Assembly: GCF_006345805.1 (NCBI RefSeq)
Contig: NC_043015.1
Coordinates: forward strand, 31,992,001-32,056,000
From: Octopus sinensis
Lineage: Eukaryota
DNA length: 64,000 nt
Direction: 5' to 3'
Shown here: positions 24,890-37,472 of the stretch, piece by piece
Numbering within the stretch: the first letter of the stretch is position 1
Layout of the letters: every line of letters starts with the position of its first letter
The notes under the pieces: generated by a model
The model's database searches: none
What the model saw: the letters and a program-made list of their open reading frames with translations, nothing else
Told to the model about the DNA's origin: nothing
Translations under genes and position numbers: made by a program

Positions 24890-25770
24890 CATGTAAAAAG
24901 CAGCCAGTACACTCTGCAAAGTGGTTGGCATTATTAAGAAGGGCATCCAGCCATAGAAACGATGCCAAAACAGACAATTGGAGCCTGGGACAGCTCTCCA
25001 GCTTGTCAGCTCCTGTCAAACTCAAGACAGCATGGAAAACAGACATTAAACAATAATGATGACACCTTTTTTTTTCAGTTTCTGTCATCAAATCCACTGA
25101 CAAGGCTTTGGTCAGCTCAGAGCTCTAGAAGACACTTGCCCAAAGTACTTCACCTTATGGATTACATTAGTGTTTGGTCCTCAACCAACCCTGACCAGTA
25201 GATCTCAAAGATATTTCATCAGTCACTATCTCTCTTTTTAGATAGCTGTGTGTGATTTGAGGGAGATTTGGTTGCTATTTCTTGTAGGTTGAGCAACCAT
25301 CAATGCCTTCTCACTGATTCAGAAAGTTAGGTACAGGTGAACTGGTTGCAATTAGCTTCCATATATATATATATATATTCAATTTATTTTGAAAAAAGAT
25401 ACAATTTTATCAATTAACAAATACATAAATTTTTAGATGTCCATGTTATATTAATTAACTGAGTTCACACAGACATTCATTGAACGCTTTACAAATCAAT
25501 CATCATTTAATGTCTGTTTTCCATGCAGGCATGGGTTGGACAGTTTGATGGAAGCTGACCAGCCTAAGATCTGTATAGGCCTCCAATTGTCTGTTTTGGC
25601 ATGGTTTCTATGGCTGGATGCCCTTCCTAGAAACCAACCACTTTACAGAGCGTACTGGGTGCTTTTATGTGGCACCGGCACGGGTGTTTTATATGTGGCA
25701 CCGACAGAGGTGCTTCATACAAGGCACCACCCAGGTGTATCTTATGTGGCACCAGTACAAGTGCTTCATA
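24890..25770. mobile_element. Two family E copies in inverted, tail-to-tail orientation (about 24890-25060 + and 25500-25770 -)
   Basis: The reverse complement of 25500-25680 aligns to 24890-25060 (AAGGGCATCCAGCCATAGAAAC.ATGCCAAAACAGACAATTGGAG). Confidence 0.75.
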
Positions 25771-25792
25771 CATGCATACAGAAACATTAATA

Positions 25793-26026
25793 CCTATTTC
25801 TTTACTACCCACAAGGGGTTAAACACAGAGAGGACAAACAAGGACAGACATAGGTATTAAGTCAAATACATCGACCCCAGTGCGTAACTGGTACTTAATT
25901 TATCGACCCCGAAAAGATGAAAGGCAAAGTCGACCTCGGCGGAATTTGAACTCAGAATGTAACGGCAGCCGAAATACCGCTAAGCATTTCGCCCGACGTG
26001 CTAACGATTCTGCCAGCTCGCCGCCT
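25793..26026 (-). mobile_element. Young full-length SINE-B (second tail type)
   Basis: GGCGGCGAGCTGGCAGAATCGTTAGCAC head to the ...GTGGGTAGTAAAGAAATAGG tail. The same subtype occurs at 43464 and 54747. Confidence 0.9.
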
Positions 26027-26521
26027 TTAATATCATATAGATTCTAGCTACGGATGTCGTCTAAAACTTGATTTAGTCAACAATGTAAAATAAACAACTT
26101 TTATTTAGTGCCAGTGTAGTAGTGTGTGATCTACATACATGTTTCTGGCGTGGCCTGTGATCTACATTTAAAATTCATGTATTTACTTGATTTCCGGTTG
26201 GTTTGGTAAATAAACCAAAAAAGCTTTTATGATTTAAACACCTTTAGTCCTGAGCCCATTGAAAGAAGTCATAATGAAAGCAAAAGACTACAAGGCTGTC
26301 ACAGTATTCAGGTTTCTAGTATGAAATAAAAATCAATAGAAATTTTTCTTTTTTTTTTAAATGATTAACTTACTCCTCTAATTATAATTGCAGATTTATA
26401 ACAAAATTTTGAACGTAGATCACAAGCAAGTCTAGATTTAAGTTGCTGTAGATCACATACTACACCAGCACCCTTCATTCTATAATATAACATTATATTA
26501 TACATACATACATACATACAA

Positions 26522-27120
26522 GCCTCGACTGGCTTCTGTGCTGGTGGCACATAAAAAGCACCATCTGAACGTGGCCGATGCCAGAGCCGCCTCAACTGGC
26601 TTCTGTGCTGGTGGCACATAAAAAGCACCATCTGAACGTGGCCGATGCCAGAGCCGCCTCAACTGGCTTCTGTGCCGGTGGCACATAAAAAGCACCACCC
26701 GAACGTGGCCGATGCCAGTGCTGCCTCGACTGGCTTCTGTGCCGGTGGCACATAAAAAGCACCATCTGAACATGGCTGATGCCAGCGCTGCCTCGACTGG
26801 CTTCTGTGCCAGTGGAACATAAAAAGCACCATCCGAACGTGGCCGATGCCAGCGCCACCTTGACTGGCTTCAGTGCTGGTGGCACGTTAAAAGCACCAAC
26901 CGATCGTGGCCGATGCCAGACTCCCCTGGCAGCTGTGCCGGTGGCACGTAAAAAGCACCCACTACACTCGCGGAGTGGTTGGCATTAGGAAGGGCATCCA
27001 GCTGTAGAAACACTGCCAGATCAGACTGGAGCCTGGTGCAGCCTTCTGGCTTCCCAGACCCCCGGTCGAACCATCCAACCCGTGCTAGCGCGGAAAACGG
27101 ACATTAAACGATGATGATGA
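26522..27120 (+). mobile_element. Family E copy with about 6.5 tandem 67-bp internal units
   Basis: Unit starts at 26522, 26589, 26656, 26723, 26790 and 26857. RTE-like tail GGACATTAAACGATGATGATGA. Confidence 0.85.
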
Positions 27121-28879
27121 TATATATATATACACACACAAAAATAAGAGAATAGTAAAGGCATGCCAAATGGCAATGAGTAATGTTGACATACAAAATA
27201 CAAATCATTCACAGCTTACACAGTAGGAAATTCAATTCCGATAGTGACAAGTGACAAATTCTCACATCTTTATCACTTTATGTACAGTTTTAGCCTTGGA
27301 AAATATTTTGTGATATCAAAAGTTAAATAACTAACTTAACCCTTTGCAACAAATAATAATAGCCAGTCTATGTAGAAAATTCCAACCTAATTTCACAGGT
27401 ATGGCTGAGTGGTTAAGATGCTTTCTTTGCAACGATATGGTTAGGTTTGTTGCAATGTGTGTCACCTTAGGCAAGTTTCTTCTTCCATAACCCTCAGTTG
27501 ACCTACGTCTTGTGAGTGAATCAAATTTATATCCCCGTAATTTGACTCTTTGGCAAAGAAGGCTGATAGAAAAAGTACTGGGGTCAATTTGATTGATTAA
27601 ATCCTTATACGCAGTGCTCCAGCATGGCTACAGTCCAAAGACTGGAACAAGTAAAGGGAAAGACAGAAGATGAAATGGTTCTCTCTTTTTCAAAAGAGCA
27701 GATGCAGGACAGAATTTATATGAAAGATAGTAAAAGGGAACATCAAAGCACCCAATGAGGTAATCCCCTTTTGAAATTTCATACAGTCTCTGTTCAATCT
27801 GGGATTAATCTTCAAATTATTTCAGAAAATTGAATCAAATTTAATTGTAAAGATTACTTCCCAACCTAATCTTTAAAAGGACCTGCAGTGATGATGAAAC
27901 AATTAGGCAACTAAAATTATCTTAAGATGAGATTTGAAATGGTTGAAATAGAGACAGAGTAATTACCCTCCCCAAGAACTTTGTGATCAAAATGTGGAAA
28001 GAATAATTGTATGATAGTCTGAAGCTGTAACAGTAATGCGTTGAGTTAGACCTGATTAAGGAAGCCTATGATCAAACTTGCTCCAGCCATCACTATATCT
28101 TTTTTCTTCGTCCAGGTATTGCATACCTAAGACTACATTACCCAATGTGCAGTGCAGTTTGAAGGAAATTTGGCTGTTATTTTTGCAGGTAGGGTGGCCA
28201 CATAAAGGCTCCCTCATTAGAACGATAGTGTAATAATTTAGGTACACAAGAGAATAGACCTATCCATGGTTAAATCTCTAGAACTACATTATCTGATGGG
28301 CCCTTTTTTTTTCCTATTAAGACGGTAGGTTGTTATCCAAAGACCCGACTCCTAGCAGCTAGAAAATCTCTCCTACCACCTTTAATTGCTAAAGTCAATA
28401 GAACTGTTTCCATTGATGTTGGGTAATCCAGGTCAACCAAGATCGACAAACCTATAATCAAATGCACTCCACTAATGACCATCCCGTTTTTTTCTTTTTT
28501 CAGGCGCAGGTAAGATTATATTACCTAATGGACAGTGATTTGAGAGATTTGGTTGCTTTTTCTAACAGGTCGAGTTACCTCTCGGTGTTGCCTTGGCGCT
28601 GCTATCGGGCAGGGCGCCAGCTGTATGAATGTTAATTAGAATGCAGCCAAGCCAAATTAACTGAATAATTAAATATATAAAGACATAATAATAGCTTTAT
28701 ACCAGGAACCATTAGTGTACAAAACAATATGTATGAGAGGAAGCAGCAGGGGTGGTCTCTGAGTGCCACCACAATAGGCATGACATGTTAAAATAACAGC
28801 AGACAGCCTCAAAGTGCCACAGAACACGTTCAAACAAAAACATGTCAACAATTAGGAGTCCAGGCTTCTAAAAGGAGGT

Positions 28880-29900
28880 CACCACGTCTGACGTCATTCA
28901 ACAGTTTGCGCATCAAAAGCTGAAGCAAAACACAGCTTTGATTCATTAAGCCCTCGCACCATTTTGTCCCAAACCATTTTACACTTTGGTTCAGACGCTT
29001 GAAACCTCTTCTCATTTTGCGCAGGCAACACCCGTTTAACCCTTCCGCTTCTCTGTTTGATCCGATTAATCAGATCTATTGACCAAAGCACTCAAACCTG
29101 TTTCATTTAAGTGTCCAGTTTTTACCATAGCAATATTTCTCTCTCTCTCTTTTTTTTTTTTCAAGATAGTAAACATACAGTCCGGAAGAGAACTTGGCTG
29201 TTATTTCTGGCAGATCGAGTGATTAATCATGGGCGAACTGCGATTCGTGAGATTTTCTGAACGACAAGCCCAACGGAAAATTACTTTGAATTTTTTTTTT
29301 AGTAGTAGTGTGGCCCGCCTGATTTATAAGCTATGTCTTATGCGGCCCGCTTCTTGAAAAGGGTTGCTCAAACCTGATATAGAAACTCCAAAATGAACTT
29401 TAGAGAAAGATGTGGAAGAATGTCAGAGAAGTTTTGGTTGAAAATGTGCAACTCAAGGTAACCTAAAAAGAAAACAAAAAAGCCAACTTATCTTCGTTAA
29501 GGTGATAAAAGTAAAAGCAATGACTCAGGTGCAAAAGAGAGGAAAAGGAAAAAGTAGGTTGTTAATGGTTGCCGGTTAAAGAAACGACCAGGTTAATACG
29601 CAGTTTTATAAGACGGGAAAACCCATTCTAAAATCACACACAAAAGAAAGAAAAAGAAAAATCGATTAATCGAATCGAGCCAAAAACATTTATTCGCCGA
29701 TTCATTTGTAGGATGTGGAAGGCCTCTCTTAACACACAACCGAAGATAACCGATCAACCACCGAACAAAAACACACCAGCTGAGTGAGTCAAGGGTGCTG
29801 GTGGCGATTCAAAGTGACTCCCCAAAAGAAACGAGTCATACACTGAAAATAATACTCCTTAAAATACACTCCACCGTTTCTCCCCGGAAGTCACTGCAAA
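28880..29900. promoter_or_regulatory. Possible CAB39 promoter/enhancer zone
   Basis: CpG-richer than its flanks, with CRE TGACGTCA at 28889-28896, AP-1 TGAGTCA at 29785-29791 and ETS CCGGAAGT at 29884-29891. Motif matches only. Confidence 0.3.
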
Positions 29901-29984
29901 CCAGAGAAGCTACGGGTTTTCTTCATTCGTCATATTACACTGAATAAAAGCATTCTATATTTATACATTACATAATGTTTTATT

Positions 29985-30115
29985 GACCCTACCTACCTAT
30001 CTATCTATCATCTACCTACCTACCAACCTATCAACCAATCTACCTATCTATCAATCAATCTACCTACCTATCAATCAATCTACCTACCTATCAATCAGTC
30101 TATCTATCTATCCAC
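29985..30115. repeat. Compound tetranucleotide microsatellite (CCTA/CTAT/TCAA)
   Basis: Visible directly. Confidence 0.9.
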
Positions 30116-31248
30116 CCACACACCACTACTGCTTAAACACCTACATCAGTATTGTAAATTTATCAAGACTTAAAACACCATATAAGTGTGCGTATGTCTG
30201 TGCACATTCTATATATATATATATATACGTGCACGCTTGAGTGTAGAGACACGGGTGGGAGCACTCGATACACGCCGAATGTATTCGTTTGACGCACTGA
30301 TGATCCAACGAGTAAGCTTCTCCAGCCAGACTCCTGCACATTCGTTGAAGCGACACGTACAACCAGGTAAACAAGAAACAGCTTCATATACACACCTATA
30401 CACACACATAGGTGTGTTACAATGTTCAGTTGTGCAGAGTGGGGGGGAGTGAGTCAACATACGATCCAGGTTCTTGTCAGTCACGTGTGTGCCTCATCAT
30501 GTGTCTCACATGATGGAGAGAGAAGAACACACCTCTACACCAGTTTGGGGTGAGGCTACATTCATCAGCACACCCACCGATTTGGAGAGGCAGGGGTAAA
30601 ACGTGTGTGTCAATAGCACCGCCACACGCAGAAAGTGACAATAAGAGGAGGTGGCTTGATTTACTAAAAATAGCAGCCAAAACAGGCGCGCTCTATATTC
30701 TTTAAAGAATACGTTAGTTAGCTAGATCTAGATATATCCTTAAATCCTTAAAAATGTTTTAGCCTGAAGGTCACGGCCATGCTGGGGCACCACCGCTGAT
30801 ATGTCCAAGAAGGAAAATAAAATAAAATCTGGTCATGAGTGGAACGCCTTCGATCAATGAGTGTTGGATCAAGACTTGGCGTGGGGTTAAATAAACAATG
30901 CAACGCATGATGGAACGAAGCCAGTCATGAACAACAGAATTCCTATTACAGCAACAACATCAACAACGTTCGTGTTGTTGTTCTACTCTGAAAAGCATAG
31001 AAATGCTTCTTCGGTTGACCCGTCGGGGAATCGAAACCGAGGAGAGGAAATCGGTCGGTTAGAGACAACAACAACGGGCAGATCGCTGCGAGTGAATTCC
31101 CCCCGCCCTCCACAAACGGAGGAGGACGGAGTGAGGAGATGAAGAAGAAGAGGCGAAAATGTTCAGCTGGTTCCTTTCAGACAGTCGAGTTATTTCATGG
31201 TCCAATGGCGACAGTGTGTGCAACGGAAGCGTAAACAGCATGATAAGA

Positions 31249-31249
<1 letters not shown>

Positions 31250-31310
<61 letters not shown>

Positions 31311-31373
31311 ACGTATGTATATATATGTGTGTGTACGTATGTATATATATATATGTGTGTGTATATATATGTA

Positions 31374-31421
<48 letters not shown>

Positions 31422-31866
31422 GAGATACTCTTATCATGCTGTTTATATATATATACAAATACATACATAGACACACACATACATACATATATATATACAT
31501 ACACACATATATATATATACATACACACACATATATATACATACACACACACATATATATACATACACACACACATATATATACATACACACATATATAT
31601 ATATACATACACACATATATATATATACACACACACATATATATATACACACACACACATATATATATACACACACACACACATATATACACACACACAC
31701 ATATATATATACACACCACACATATATATATACACACACATATATATATACACACACATATATATATATATACATACACACACACACATATATATATACA
31801 CACACACACATACACACATATATATAAACACACACACACACACACATATATATATATGTATATCTA
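31250..31866. repeat. Large compound (GT)/(TA)/(CA) microsatellite
   Basis: Visible directly. It explains the 200+ aa YIYI/CVCV ORFs. Confidence 0.95.
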
Positions 31867-34707
31867 TCTGAGACGTTCAAAAGATGGAGTTGAGCGTTGT
31901 CGAAAGTGATGGTGTGAATGGCTGTGTATACCTAACAAAACATACTCCCATATCATTGATGTGCGGGTGTGTGAGAGTCATTCAAGATGGCAGGAGACAA
32001 GAGGAGGAAAACTAAGGACGAAAGCAAGTTTAGAACATTACACCAACCAACCATAAGTCGACCAGTTGGCGATGCTACTACTAATACTACTACCGATTCG
32101 ACTATTGAAAGGGGATGCAAGGGAAACTTCTATGTGGGGAGGGGCACGGAAAGAAAGCGTCCGAAACAAGGTAGGATAAGAAAAAAAGGGGACGGCGAAT
32201 TGTGGTGTCGTAGATTGGACGTGGAGGAATTTATGAAAGGATGTCATCGATAGAGAGAGAGAGAGACTACTTCCTTCTCACAGACAAAAGGTGAGAGAGA
32301 GAGAGAAACCAATAAAAAAGGTGGGAGATATACTGACGTTAGAGAGAGTCAGATAGAGAGAGGTAGGTGTGTATATATATATATATACATATATATATGT
32401 ATATATATATATGATGTCACTCACTGAATGGAGAGGGAGAGAGAGAAGAATGTCATTATTTAAATAGAGAAAGATATCGATTGTCAGGGTTAAGAAGAAA
32501 TGAAGAGTCGGGGGGGAGAATGTCAATGATTTATCTTTGATAATAAAGAGACTCGTTGGTGGCCAGAGAAGAAGAAGAAGAAGATAAAGGGCAATAGGAG
32601 AGACAGGAGGGGGGGAAGTCGGTGCGTCTAATCATCGTCAACACTATGGGGAAAAGAAAAGGTGGTGAGATGATGTGGAGAAGAGTCGTTGCCGAAGGGA
32701 AAATATAGAGTGTATATATGTATATGTATATATGTATATAGAATAAAAACAACATGGATACCTGCACTGCTTTACAGAGTTCCAGTGTGGTTGATAAGAG
32801 ACGACGGAGTATAAGGTACGGTGAGTGTGAGTGACACAGGAAGAGTGAGAGCGAGAGAAGCTCGAGTAGGCTTGGCTTGCGCAGCGCTACCGTGCGGCGA
32901 CTGTTGGAAGCTAACGATTTTAAACTAAGAACCATAACTCTCTAGCTCCTCATTCCCAACTTGAAAAAAAAAAAAAACAGAGAGAGAAAGACTTCGTTTA
33001 CGATTTCTTACCGAGAGATTTAATGACCCAGAAATAAAAGATGGTATATAGGAGGCGGCGAGGGGGGAGGAGGGAAATCTCCCCTTTCGATATTTTACCT
33101 ACATAATATAATACATACATAAACTATATAAATTATGTATATATATATATATATAAACATGTAACAGTAAAAACCTGTTCACACCACTCATATTTCAACT
33201 TCTATCAATAAATCATCCCATTCACATCTGGATGTGTCGCAAGAATATTAAATCGGTTCCAGTACTTGAATAGTAATTTCTTTTTTATCGACCCCGAAGT
33301 ACAAAAAAAATAAATAAATAAAATATTAATAAACAAATGCTGACCTCCACAGGATTTGAATTTACATCGTATAAAGGACCGCCACTAAATACACTAAGCA
33401 ATTTTTTTTTTGTCCGACGCTATAGCGACGACTCCGCAGTTAAAACACCGATTAACTTGGTTAAGTTTAATCCCAGCTTAAGGAATGATTCGTGTCCCCA
33501 CCCCACCCCCTCTCGCTCCACGTTAAAAATTTTATTCAAGATCATTAAGCAAGCACCGCTGTCTCACATGGCCTCTCAACCTCTATTGTGACTCACTTCT
33601 CATGTCCTATGTGAAACACCACATAGGCCTTCTAATTTACTTTGAACAGCAACCAGTTCAAGCTGACCACCAGCTACATCAACCCCATCAGTTAGGGAGA
33701 GCCTGTTAAGTTATGGGTACTGCCCTGCCCCGCACCCCTCGCTTACTAATAAAAGAATTGACCGCATTATCATAATTTTACGCCTGCTCTCCATGCTGGC
33801 ATGGGTTGGATGGACGGATGCTTTCTCCGACGCCGTCTCCTTTGTCTCTTCTATCCTTAGCAGGAAAAAATAAACTGGATTACACAGTTACAAATCGTAA
33901 AATCAACCTCACCTCACACATCTACTTAACACAGGTATTCGATTACGTCTCTAAGTTTTTAGGCTCAAATCTCACACAGGTCAACTCTCTTCCGATAAAA
34001 TAATCCCCAAAGTACTGTGGATGGTATAATCAACAAAGGCCCGTGAAAACAGTGTTCCAGCATGGTCGCAAACTAATGATGGAAACCAGTAAAAAGAAGA
34101 ATGAAGATGTTTACTGAAACTAGGATCAAAGTCGTCCAGTTTATGTGAAATAAGAGGCAGTGACCATGTCCACTGGGCACTGTCCCTCAGTGCTCATTGC
34201 ATTTCAACAGGTCAACCACACGTGTAGGAAAAAAAGCATGAAAGCCCGTACACGGTCATTTGACTTGCTGGAAATGGAAAAAAAATACAACAGAGGAAGT
34301 AATCTTATATATATGCATAATACAAAGAGACAGCTTGGCTGGTCATGACTGAAATGGCTCTAATCATAAGATCTGGCTGATCAGAATTGTCCGGTGGTTA
34401 GACATCATCGACATTAATATTTTATGAGGATTGTACCTGTGGGATTGGTAAAAATTTCTGAAACAAGGAAGAGCAAAGGATAGGTAGTGTGGAGTGGTGT
34501 CAGAGGAGAAGCTGTTGTAACAATGGGGGGAATTGAAAACAGTATAAGGGCTTGAATATACAACAGATTTATAGGCAATGAAACTAAAGAGAAAGGCCTC
34601 TACACAGTCACTTGACCTATTACAAATAATGGCTAAATATGCATCAAATCACATGTTAAAGAAGAATAAGTGTTCTAAAACGGCGGAAGAACAACAACAG
34701 AATCTAG

Positions 34708-35105
34708 GCACAGGTAGAGTTGTGTGGTAAGAGGTTTGCTTCCCAACCACAAGATTTCAGGTTCAGTCCCACTGTGTGGCACATTGGGCAAAAATCCCTT
34801 CTACCACAGCCTCAGGCTGACCAAAGCCTTGTGAGTGATTTCGGAGATGGAAACTGAAAGAAGCCTGTTTTGTGTGTATGTGTGCATTTCTTTGTGTTTG
34901 TCCCTTACCACTGCTTGACAACTGGTGTTGGTTTGTTTATGTCTCCATAACTTAGTTTGGCAAAAAAAAAATCAATAAAATAAGTACCATACTTTAAAAA
35001 AAAAAGTACTGGGCTCAATTTGTTTTGACTAAACTATTTACAGCAGTGCCCCAGCATGGTCACAGTCCAATGGATGAAAGCAATGGTCACAACTGAAACA
35101 TCCGC
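34708..35105 (+). mobile_element. SINE-A, old copy
   Basis: Head TGTGTGGTAAGAGGTTTGCTTCCCAACCAC and degenerate tail. Confidence 0.8.
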
Positions 35106-35489
35106 AATTAAGGCTAAACAGCAGCGACTGAGCAACACAGCATGTAGGGCAAGCTATTGTGTATATTCACTGTTCATGTTAGAAGTTGAACTGACTGCCA
35201 AGGAACAAGAAGTACAATCTCAACCGGAGAACGTTGATCAAACTCACCAATGTCTCACCACCATCAAAATCATTTTATGCTTGCATTTCCATGACGGCAT
35301 GGGTTAGATGAGGTTTCTGAGGCAGTGCTTTACACTACTATGCTCTTACTATTGCTAACTCTTTTAGTTGCTGCTAATAGCACACAGGGTTGGAATGTAA
35401 CTGCTCTAGAATCAGGATACATGTGGTAAAACTTACCAACACCTGCAAGTAACAAACACTTCACAATGCTCCTCGTACCGTTTACATAG

Positions 35490-35795
35490 GTATGGTGCTG
35501 GTGGCACGTGAAACATTCGAGCGAGTTCGTCGCCAGTGCCGCTGGACTGGCTCCTATGCAGGTGGCACATAAAAAGCACCATTTGGGCATGGCCATTGCC
35601 AGTACCACCAAACTGGCCCTCGTGCCGGTGGCATGTAAAAGCACCCACTACACTCTCAGAGTGGTTGGCGTTAGGGAAGGGCATCCAGCAGTAGAAACTC
35701 TGCCAGATCAGATTGGAGTCTGGTTCGCCAGACCTCAGTCAAATCGTCCAACCCATGCTAGCATGGAAAGCGGACGTTAAATAATGATGATGATG
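35490..35795 (+). mobile_element. Family E copy with about 3 internal units
   Basis: GGTGGCAC...AAAAAGCACC units and (TGA)n tail. Confidence 0.8.
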
Positions 35796-35951
35796 ATGGT
35801 TCATGAACCAAGCTTGTATCCCAGCTTCCTAGCTGAATATTGTTAATGTTCTAAATAGAACGGCTTAAACATTGCAACATACCATCTCATGAGTATTTGA
35901 GACACTGTAATTGGAAAAAAACAAACACACACACAAAGAAAGGTCAGGTTA

Positions 35952-36308
35952 TCTTTATATATAAAAGTGAGGTTGTGTGCTGTCTGTCTCCTACGATTTA
36001 GATTCCTTACTCCCACATTTTGCGGTGCAGTTTAACCATATCGAGCCCTTCTGGGTATTAGCGCGCGTCTACGATTTAAAAAAAAAATTTACCATCAATT
36101 TTCCCCATTTTTAATGCATTTTTGGCATTTATAAGGGAAGTAACTCTCTAAAAATTTATTATTAAATCTCAGAACGTAAAAAGCTACAGTAACACCCCCT
36201 CCCTTTGTGGTTAGCCATATTGAGATGGCTATTATACTTTACATCTCTAAAAATGCTTATATAGTTATTTCCCTTACAAACCCGAGCAACGCCGGGCGAT
36301 ACTGCTAG
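35952..36308 (+). mobile_element. Non-autonomous Helitron
   Basis: A|TC start (ATCTTTATATATAAAAG), GC hairpin CCCGAGCAACGCCGGG shortly before a terminal CTAG|T, and no TSD. Confidence 0.85.
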
Positions 36309-37432
36309 TTCTACATAAAGAGAAAAACAGTGTTATTGATAAAGAGAGTGAATTCCAAGTATATTACTGGTACATAAACAGTAAAGGCCAAACCAACAAG
36401 AAGGTATCTTTCATCTTCTACTTGCTTCAGTCATTACACTGTGGCCATGCTGGGGCATTGTCTTGAATTGACCTAAGTACTTATTATATTTTGTTTTAAG
36501 CCTCGTATTTATTCTTTCGGTCTCTTTTGCCAAACCGCTAAGTCATGAGGGGGGGGGGTTGAGCAAATGATGTATGTATGTAAAATAGAAAATGTGTCAC
36601 GAGAATAAAAGGGAAAAGGCAGAGTGAAGCATATATTGATGAAATATAAGAAAGTGGTGGCTGAGTGTTGGTAAATAAGGTGGTATGATACACCTGTACC
36701 ATTAACACACTCACCTAGAAATCTGAAGCTTCAGTGCGTTTGGTAAAAAAAGGAAAAAAGAAAATCAATGTTTATTGTTACAATTAGGGAGAGAAAGGGG
36801 AGAAGGGGAGGTTGGGATGGAGAGGAAATACATTCCGAGATGAGACTGAAGTTTTTTTTTCATTTCCTCTGCAGGTACAGGTTGGATAGCTTCTGAGACA
36901 GACAGACTTATCGAGGAAGGAAGTCTATATGTGGGTTTTCAACCTGTAAGAAACAGAAGCCAAATCTCTCCCTCAAATCGCGTTTTACCATCTTTTTATA
37001 AGATATTGAATAATGTAGTTCTATAGAATACACTATGCTTGAAAATATGTTTGGATAATCTTAACTGGAATGGTTTTGATCATAGTTGTACTCAAGCATA
37101 ACCAACATTAGGTTAAACAACAAGAGAGACAGACAGACAGACAGACAGACATGCAATGGAGACAACCACTCTCGCTTCAGGAGACTGATTTCCAATTTGT
37201 TTATATTGTAAATGTCTGAAGCGAACAGCTCATAGTGAGATATAAACTCTGCAAGTTCAATTTCTATCCCTATAGAGGCACAGGAGTGGACGTGTGGTAA
37301 GAAGCTTGCTTCCCAACCACATGGTTCCGGTTTCAGTCCCACTGCATGACACCTTGGGCAAGTGCCTTCTACTAAAGCCTTGTGAGTAGATTTGGTAGAC
37401 AGAAACTGAAAGAAGCCCATTGTATGTGTATG

Positions 37433-37472
<40 letters not shown>

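Noticed and set aside
26522-26960. CRISPR-like look of regularly spaced palindromic repeats
   Set aside because: The 'spacers' are near-identical, the array sits inside a dispersed SINE with an RTE-like tail, the context is eukaryotic and there are no cas genes.
30930-31060. Shared word CGGTTTCGAT(T)CCC at about 31030 (-), 47570 and 60940
   Set aside because: Short B-box-like word with no flanking similarity, so insufficient evidence for a common element.
31059-31909. Several ORFs of 100-224 aa
   Set aside because: They are translations of (TA)/(CA)/(GT) microsatellites ([12 protein letters not shown]).
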